DNA of 64,000 nucleotides from Vairimorpha necatrix (Eukaryota): NCBI GenBank assembly GCA_036630325.1, contig CP142731.1, positions 1,054,001 to 1,118,000 of the forward strand, read 5' to 3'. Shown piece by piece: positions 60,369 to 64,000 of this stretch (position 1 is its first letter; each line of letters starts with the position of its first letter). The notes under the pieces were generated by a model. It saw only the letters and a program-made list of their open reading frames with translations, ran no database searches and was not told where the DNA came from. The position numbers and the translations under genes were made by a program.

Positions 60369-61628
60369 TTATTGAGGGCAATAACTATAATGCTTGTAAT
60401 GTCTCATTTTATAGAATCCCTTGTCAATATAATTATTACCAAATCTTTTTTTTGACTCATTAACCTCGCTATTATTTATTTTGTTGTTTTCGCTCTTCGA
60501 ACTAGATTTCAATTTTGATATGTAATCGGCTTTGTTTGTTTGATCTTCGCCATGTTTATTTGCATAAATCTTTTCTTCCGATTTTGGGACCTCTTCTTTA
60601 AATTTTTCATTATTTTCTTCCAAAGTTTTTTCGCTCATCTTATCTTCATCCAAATATGTTTTCTCTTCATATTCTTCAAACGATTCTGCATATTCGCTAG
60701 AGTCTTGATTTTCCCATGAATCTCCTTCTTCATAGTCGGCTTCAAGATTATCTAACAAATCTTCATATTCAAAAATAGCTTTTTGTTCTTCTTCTTTTTT
60801 CGTTTTGTCAGATTTGAAAAAATCAACACATTTTTTACCTACAAAATTCGTTATGTAACTTATGAATTTTGAAAATCTATGATTACATAGATAATTAAAA
60901 ACTGGCAAAATCGCCATTGATGCATATGTATGAGATCGCATTGCAAGTCCTACCACCGAATGCGTAATCAATAATTCTGATTCCTCATTTTTTTTAATAT
61001 TTGCGAGAAATTCATTTTCATTTGCGTCTTTCTCTCTTTCTTCTTTTCTAATGGCCTTTTCAATTTCTCTTTGGATTTTCGTATTATAAAAAGTTCGCCA
61101 TCTAGAATCAAACATTTTATAGATACAAACCCCATCAAGTATCTTTTTTTTTCTGTATTCTGGTATATATGGCAGTATTTCCGACTCTTTTTTGTATTTG
61201 AGAGCACATAATAAGTCTTCTTGAATATGTTCAAAATCCGCTTCAAATTTTTCTATTTTGTCTTTTTTCATCGAAAATAAAAATCCTAATATAGGATGTG
61301 TTGAATTTATTAATTTTAAAAGGAAACAACGGGGAGAAAAATTTAATTCGTGGCCATTGTACATAAATATACAACCATTCATCCATTCCCTCTTTATTCC
61401 TTCTTCAGTTAACTCTGGGTCTTTCTCTAATTCCTTTTTAATAATTCTATCAAAATCCTTATTCTTACGGAAAGTTGTCCAAATTGGATTGTAAAACGAA
61501 TAATAATTCTCATGTATTTTTGAGTTAGTATAATATCTTCTTTCTGTAGTTTGTCCTGGTACATCGCTATTTAATTGAAATGATAAAACGATAAATGTCG
61601 TAATTATAATATTATTTAATAAATTCAT
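60369..61628 (-). CDS. Hypothetical secreted protein (419 aa) with acidic C-terminal region
   Basis: Hydrophobic N-terminus (IIITTFIVLSF), CACCCC before the ATG, AATAAA overlapping the stop, E/D-rich tract. Confidence 0.85.
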   Translation of the reverse strand: MNLLNNIIITTFIVLSFQLNSDVPGQTTERRYYTNSKIHENYYSFYNPIWTTFRKNKDFDRIIKKELEKDPELTEEGIKREWMNGCIFMYNGHELNFSPRCFLLKLINSTHPILGFLFSMKKDKIEKFEADFEHIQEDLLCALKYKKESEILPYIPEYRKKKILDGVCIYKMFDSRWRTFYNTKIQREIEKAIRKEEREKDANENEFLANIKKNEESELLITHSVVGLAMRSHTYASMAILPVFNYLCNHRFSKFISYITNFVGKKCVDFFKSDKTKKEEEQKAIFEYEDLLDNLEADYEEGDSWENQDSSEYAESFEEYEEKTYLDEDKMSEKTLEENNEKFKEEVPKSEEKIYANKHGEDQTNKADYISKLKSSSKSENNKINNSEVNESKKRFGNNYIDKGFYKMRHYKHYSYCPQ

Positions 61629-62799
61629 TTCAGTGGGGTGAGAGTAAATTTTTTTAAAATATTTTAAAAATTTATTAAAATAACGAAATCATTTACTTCA
61701 AATAGATATTTAAAAACAATACTAATTGATAATATTTAATTTACAAGTTGATTTAATTAATCTACTTCAATATAACCACGACACATACATCACTTAACAC
61801 AAGCAAATGATAATTTTTAGTAATAAAATGTTTTTAAGCACAAATTTATTTTTTTATGATTTGTTTCTTACTCTATCTAAGTATTTATCTTTAAATGCTG
61901 TACATAAAATATATTGGCTTTTTAATAAAAATTCTAATCAGTGATAATGACTAAAGCAAAGAGTTGATCAAAGAAAAAGAAATACGATATGTGTCATAAT
62001 TATCTAGAAAAGTATTAAAGCAAACTATAAAGAGGAGAGTTTCGCTTTGTCTCACATGTTATTAATGTCCTTTTGCAAACATATATAGATATATTTTAAC
62101 AACTGTGAAAAATTTTGCCGAAACATATTTGTAGTTCTCAACAAAGTCTAAGAATTTCAAAGTAGAAAATTTTAAATGAATCAAATAAAATTTAACTACA
62201 ATGTTTAGCTATTACGATTGGCTTTTTAGTTATAAATGTTATTAATGTTTTGTTGTGTTTCCGGTTAACTACAAGTGGGCCTTGATGATAGGTTTAATGG
62301 CCATACATTGAATAATCACATTATTTGATGTTCTTATTTCTAAGACCTTGAATATAATGATATAAAATTGCAAGCTATGAAGACTTCAGATAATCTAGAA
62401 AAAACAATATTAAAACATAACATAGCAAAAACTATCTAATATCTCATATTTTATTATAAAAAATATCATATTAGTTCTTATCACACTTTTTTTTATTTAA
62501 AAAGTGCATATCTTAGTTTCATCTTATTATGTTAAAATAATATCAAATATAAATTAATGTTAGAATTGTTCATTTTAGCGCGTTAAATTTGCTAATACTT
62601 TTATTTTACTTTCAATATATAAAACCAAGTTACAAATTATCGTCAGAATCGTTTTTCAGAAAAAATTAAATATTTGCCGTAAAGTTGTAAAAACCTTATA
62701 AAATGAAAAATTAACTAAACAAGTTGTAAGAAGTGTGATACATGTCAAATCCGATAGTATCCATCTTGAGACATTAGGCTGTCTGTCTTTATATATTTT

Positions 62800-64000
62800 A
62801 TAATAAATGAACTTATGGGTTTTGTACTCAAACAAATTGGCGATAAGGACAAAACTTCTTTTTTTAGAAATGAAAAGAAAAATGTTTCACAGAAGTTTTA
62901 GAGGATTTCCTAGGGGTATCGAGGTTAAGCTTATAAACCTTTTTGAGATGGTTCATAAAGAAGATTCAAGGGACTGGATAAATTCACAACCAATAGGACT
63001 TTGGCTGGATAATTGATTATATCATTTAAAGAAAGATTTTTTTAGTATAATGCAGATAAAAATATATCGTAAACTTTCTGCTTATTGATACCTTGGGGCT
63101 CGTTTTTAATTATCTGGATAAGATGGTGGAACTAACACGCAAAGGTAATGTTCCTGGAAGTATATTTATTGCTTTTGAGTTAAAGGGGCACCCAATGATT
63201 TACAAATATTGTTCTAGTAAATAATAATGAGAATAATCTTGGGGTTACATTTACAGAGCTTTGAGTAATATGAAGCTCGAGAATGTTCGTAAATATACAG
63301 AAGTGGTGCGAGGAGACTCTCGGAGGTATATGCCCACAAAAGAAAGGTCTTGCAGAAAAATGACGAATAAACAGAAATGAATGGAAAATTTTTGTTGTTT
63401 TTTTGTTGTAAAGGGGGTCAGATAGTTGCAAAATTAAAATTAAATACCTTCCGTAAGAAATATTAGAGCCGCGAAACAGGCCACAGAGAAGAAGGAAGAT
63501 CATTAGAAAAACAATTCTAATAAATTTTTTTATATTTAATCCGTGTCGAACCTTAATGACATAAGAACAACGCTTATAGCCGCATCATAAAGCAATTTAA
63601 AAATAAAATTCAATGTAATTTTTATACAAAAGCCGATTTAAATCCGATTAGACTTCAACTGTTGCAGAATGAAAATGTTGTTAATATTTCGAAACTTAGC
63701 TCTGAGCATCAAATGAATCAAAGATAAAAACCATTGTGGAAACGATAGCTAAAATCATAATCGAAGAGATGGTAATAAAAGATAGTTTATTTTAACAAGA
63801 GATATCACAATACCATGATCATAGGACATGCGCTACTCGATAAATACAAAATAAGTTTAAGATTTGGGGATAATAGAATCTTGACAAATGGCAAAGGGTA
63901 AAGACATAGACTACAATGAAATTATCACAAAAGATGATAAACCAATACTATCACAGTTATACAAGCTGGGTAGCAAAAAAGAAACATAGCATCGAAAATG
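62800..64000 (+). pseudogene. Possible decayed LTR-element (protease-like) relic
   Basis: LLIDT.G..FNY-like fragment near 63080 and MIIGHALLDKY near 63815; weak. Confidence 0.25.

Overview
Very AT-rich, intron-free eukaryotic DNA, most likely a microsporidian of the Nosema/Vairimorpha type. Evidence: CCC/GGG motifs immediately before ATGs, AATAAA overlapping stop codons, a compact Isu1 and Med6, and Merlin plus single-ORF Ty3/gypsy elements. Roughly 3-49 kb is a transposon-rich island. It holds five tandem paralogs of a ~320-aa putative secreted family with an LP[FI]KKRK motif and three paralogs of a second signal-peptide family. It also holds a Ginger/KRBA2-type integrase transposon with tRNA-like TIRs, a tRNA-headed SINE-like element, several Merlin elements/MITEs and decayed RLE-type non-LTR retrotransposons. 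A small conserved core follows (Sec7-domain ARF-GEF, ISU1, MED6). Two near-identical inverted copies of a minimal 3.2-kb Ty3/gypsy element with 48-bp LTRs and no recognisable protease bracket the region (1-3033 and 54860-58034). All family assignments are by eye from motifs; no searches were run.
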